From: Klebsormidium nitens
Taxonomy: Eukaryota > Plantae > Klebsormidiophyceae
Assembly: GCA_000708835.1 (NCBI GenBank)
Contig: DF237344.1
Coordinates: forward strand, 1 to 64,000
DNA: 64,000 nt
Direction: 5' to 3'
The position numbers and the translations under genes were made by a program. Shown here piece by piece: positions 60,882 through 64,000 of the stretch (the first letter of the stretch is position 1; every line of letters begins with the position of its first letter). Under the pieces are notes generated by a model. It did no database searches, was not told where the DNA came from, and saw nothing but the letters and a program-made list of their open reading frames with translations.

Positions 60882-62446
60882 TCAGTTGAAGGCTTCCTGT
60901 GGCTTGGACCACATGCTCGACACGTGTCCCCCAAGAAGCAGAATGGGCGTCACCCGGCCCCAGATCCGCATGTTCTCGTTGAAGAGGTACTGCACACGAA
61001 GAGCGAAAACTTCATGTTCCAGGGGGTGGTTCCACGAGCCGGTTTTGCAAACCCTCTAGAAGATGACCGGACATCCCGTGAGCTTTGAGCGTGACAAGAA
61101 GGCTTCTGAGAGATAACCGCAGGCCATAATTCCGTTCCACTCGTCAGCTGTCCAATCTGAACCGTTGGTTGCGGGCCAGAACTTCCGTTCCGCTCGCTAG
61201 AATCTGGATCCGCCCGCGGCCCGTAGGAGAGAAAAGCCGGACAAAACGTCGTCATGCTCTCGGAGTCCATGCTAGACAGAACAAACAGAACGATACCTCG
61301 AAGCAGCTTCAATCCGGACCAGTTCCCACGTCGCCTGCGCCACAGAGTCCTTCCCGAGGCCAACCCTTTCAAGCATTCAGCTTGAAGTATTGACGTTCTC
61401 TCAGTTTAGCCAATCGCGAGGCATATCACGTCTTCCTATCTGATGAACCTCGATAAGAATAGGTTCTTACCCTCGCCTGCGCCAAAAACCTCTTCCCTAG
61501 GCCCACCATTGCAATCTTTGCAAGCCCTTGAGATTCAAGCACGTTCGTTCACTCCCCCAAAATCGCGACCCAAGTTGGAGCATTTACCTGATAATCGTCT
61601 GCATGGGTTCTTACCTTTGCCTGCGCCACAAACTGTTTTCCAAGGCCAACTTTTTCGGCCCCTTCCCCAATTGCCGCGACCGCCCTCTTGAGCTGCGTGA
61701 CCGCCACGTGCACCTCCCCCGTGCGCCGCTCACGTCCGTCGATCACTCGGACCTCGGAACGCTCCTCGTCAGCATGACGTAAGCGCCCCGTCGATCGGTC
61801 CCGGAAAGAAGAAGGCCTGCCTCCGTGGAAGCGACCGGGGCGGGTTGCGCGGTCGACCGGGCCCGTGCGGCGGCCGTATTGGTGCCTGGGGGACGCTTCA
61901 ATCCGGTGAGCCTTCAATTCCGATTTCGAGACCGGTCTTCCCAGTCGTGCTGTAAAATCAATGCAGATGCCTCTGCAGAAAAGAATCTAGCGAATGGGTC
62001 CTCGACGTCGCAACTACAGTAACGACTTGAGCTTGACAAGAAGCGGAATGATCATCCCGTCTCTTCCATCAAAAGAGATTGCAAGCTGTTTTGAAGACGT
62101 TGCAGACATGCTTAAAGTCCAGTCTCTTCATACTATACTTCCTAAGAGCTCTATTCCCCAGTGGTCTTGAGGCACTTAACGCCTCCTCTCTCCGCTTTCT
62201 TCCTGCCATCTTCAGCCTTTGGACTGATCAGCCTTTCCGAGGCAGTCTGGATTCAAAAACCCCTCTGTGCTTCTATCAGGTATGACTCACGCCGATTACA
62301 GCAGATAAAAACAAACATTGTCCCATTTTTCTCATTTTCCCCTAGCTTTATCCAAAGAGTTTGCCAGAGGCTAAAGGACTCACCCGACGACCCATTGAGT
62401 GGCGTCCACTTGAGTGTAGACCAGCCTCCTTGGATACATTGTACTC
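60882..62446 (-). CDS. Unidentified spliced protein-coding gene (3' exons only; 5' end unresolved)
   Basis: Exons 61949-61615 and 60989-60882 join in phase 0 (AAG|gtaaga...gtgcag|TAC) to give ..EERSEVRVIDGRERRTGEVHVAVTQLKRAVAAIGEGAEKVGLGKQFVAQAK|YLFNENMRIWGRVTPILLLGGHVSSMWSKPQEAFN*. A phase-compatible upstream exon lies at about 62446-62384. Confidence 0.6.
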
Positions 62447-63559
62447 CTGTATGTGTTTGAAAAGGTGAGTTTTGCTCCTAATGATCTTTCTTGTAAGACG
62501 TTCGGACCAAGATTTGTCTGATTTGATGGGCCTCCGATAAGCAATAAGAGTGGCTGCTTATCAGCGGGTTTGAAGTTGTAGGTAGAGCCTGAAGGCAAAT
62601 CTCTGGAAGAAAGCAAAGCCCACTTGCGTGTAGATCCCAGATTCAAGGACGTCTGTGGTTCAGGAACGTACAGCTCTCACCTGATGAGAAGGGAAGCAAC
62701 GAAGGTTTGAAACTGCGAGGTCCAACCGTTCGAGAACGAGGTTAAGATTGGAGCCCAGTTGGGCTCAAGAGATTGGTAGTCTTCAAGGAAGAATGCGACT
62801 CAGGAGAGAAACCTTGCGGCTCGGGTATTCGTTTCTTTGGGCGCTTCTGTGTTTTCCGCGGCCCCTCCGCAAAAGAAGTGTCCTGGCGAAGCTTCAGGCC
62901 GCCTTCCCTAAGGTTCTCTAAGAGTACGTACGCCTTCAGATTTTCCGTTCTTACAAAGACGAGACTCAAGAGTGGATCTGATCGAGTTGATTCCTTGATC
63001 GGTGTAAACGAGCCCTGTCACATCATGATGTTTGGACTCTTTAACAAATATCTGAAGCGATCGTCTTGGCAACCAGACAGAATCATTTACCTAGACACGG
63101 ACTCGAAGCAAATATGAATCTCGACTCTCGAGGCACCAACGGAAACCCAGTCACATCAAACGTGCTCGAATCAAGCAGGGCTCGTACTTTTCGGATATCG
63201 ATGTCTTCGTGCACCCAATGAAACGCTAGTTTGGGTTATCGCAAGATTTTAAACAGCCAATCACTAAGTGGCCCGAGATTCTACAAGAATCTGCTGCCTC
63301 AAACAAGTGTGACGCCACGCTTGATGGGCATCCCATAGGCTGTTCAAAGCGGCATGAAAGTCAAACCTGACTCTGCGTATTGATTTATAGCAAACACTGT
63401 TTCGGCATGAAAAAGATGCTTCCCCGGCTATTAGTCTCCAAGTCTCAGTGAGGCTTAAGTGGCTGCTGTTTTTGTTGTCGCCACAGAAACTAAAGACGGT
63501 CTAGAGCCCGCCTGCCAAACTCTTCACTGACCCCATCCGTGAAGCTACAAAACGATATC

Positions 63560-64000
63560 ATGGCCCGTGTTCAAGCTCTGGAGGAACAGCCCAAGTTCGA
63601 GGTTGAAGACGCATGGAACCTTCTGAAGGACCTTAAGGGCAGGTTTTCAAACAGCTTAATATCCGTCTGCAACAAAAACGGGTTGAAGTTTGACTCTGCT
63701 CTTCAGGAGCTCTGGGCGGCAAGCATCAAGAGATACACGACATATTCGGAGTGGGAGCAAGCGGAGGGGTCCAAAGCTTTGGGTGGGTATGACTTGGAGG
63801 CCGCTCTTGAGGGGCTCAAGCTCGGCGCAGCAGAAGAAGGCGTCAAAGAGGAGGCAAGCGGCGCAGAGGTCAAGGCGCGCAAAAACACGAAGGAAAAAGG
63901 GGTTCTGTATTTCACAGGGCCGCAGTGCAAACCCGCAGTGCTTTCAAGCATCAAGGAGGCCAGAAAGTCGATCCATGTCATCATGTACCTTTTCAATGAC
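63560..64000 (+). CDS. PLD-superfamily protein, PLD6/Nuc-like (partial; runs off the window)
   Basis: Open from ATG 63560 (upstream in-frame TAA at 63491) to the window end. Ends ..GVLYFTGPQCKPAVLSSIKEARKSIHVIMYLFND, resembling the start of PLDc Nuc-like domains (YF..I..A..SI.V.MY.F). The HKD motif is not in the window. Confidence 0.6.
   Translation, partial: MARVQALEEQPKFEVEDAWNLLKDLKGRFSNSLISVCNKNGLKFDSALQELWAASIKRYTTYSEWEQAEGSKALGGYDLEAALEGLKLGAAEEGVKEEASGAEVKARKNTKEKGVLYFTGPQCKPAVLSSIKEARKSIHVIMYLFND

Noticed and set aside
63734-63769. YTTYSEWEQAEG resembling the RNase H1 N-terminal hybrid-binding motif
   Set aside because: Only a few residues match and the preceding YYAV..G motif is absent.
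1-64000. CRISPR arrays, rRNA or tRNA genes
   Set aside because: No regularly spaced repeat-spacer array or recognisable structural RNA sequence seen; eukaryotic gene context.

Overview
Intron-rich eukaryotic genomic DNA with one assembly gap (N, 34629-34877). The mix of plant-type genes and a cilia-associated gene suggests a flagellate streptophyte alga such as Klebsormidium; this is inference, not a database result. Genes assembled by hand from GT/GC-AG boundaries with consistent phases: RST1/focadhesin (+), HOTHEAD-like GMC oxidoreductase (+), CFAP20DC/C3orf67-like (-), RAMP4/SERP1 (+), nucleoplasmin-FKBP (-), PAM16 (+), a large LEA-like protein (-), a PP2C (+), an unidentified spliced gene (-) and the 5' part of a PLD6/Nuc-like gene (+). 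The main accessory feature is an 11-exon, disabled Crypton-type tyrosine-recombinase gene with a C-terminal GCR1_C domain (2494-8449). There are also a TA-flanked MITE, a TAA-flanked TIR element spanning the gap, an intronic foldback, and strong over-representation of two ACGT-core motifs (TGACGTCA, GACACGTGGC), many copies inside exons. No rRNA, tRNA or CRISPR array was recognised.
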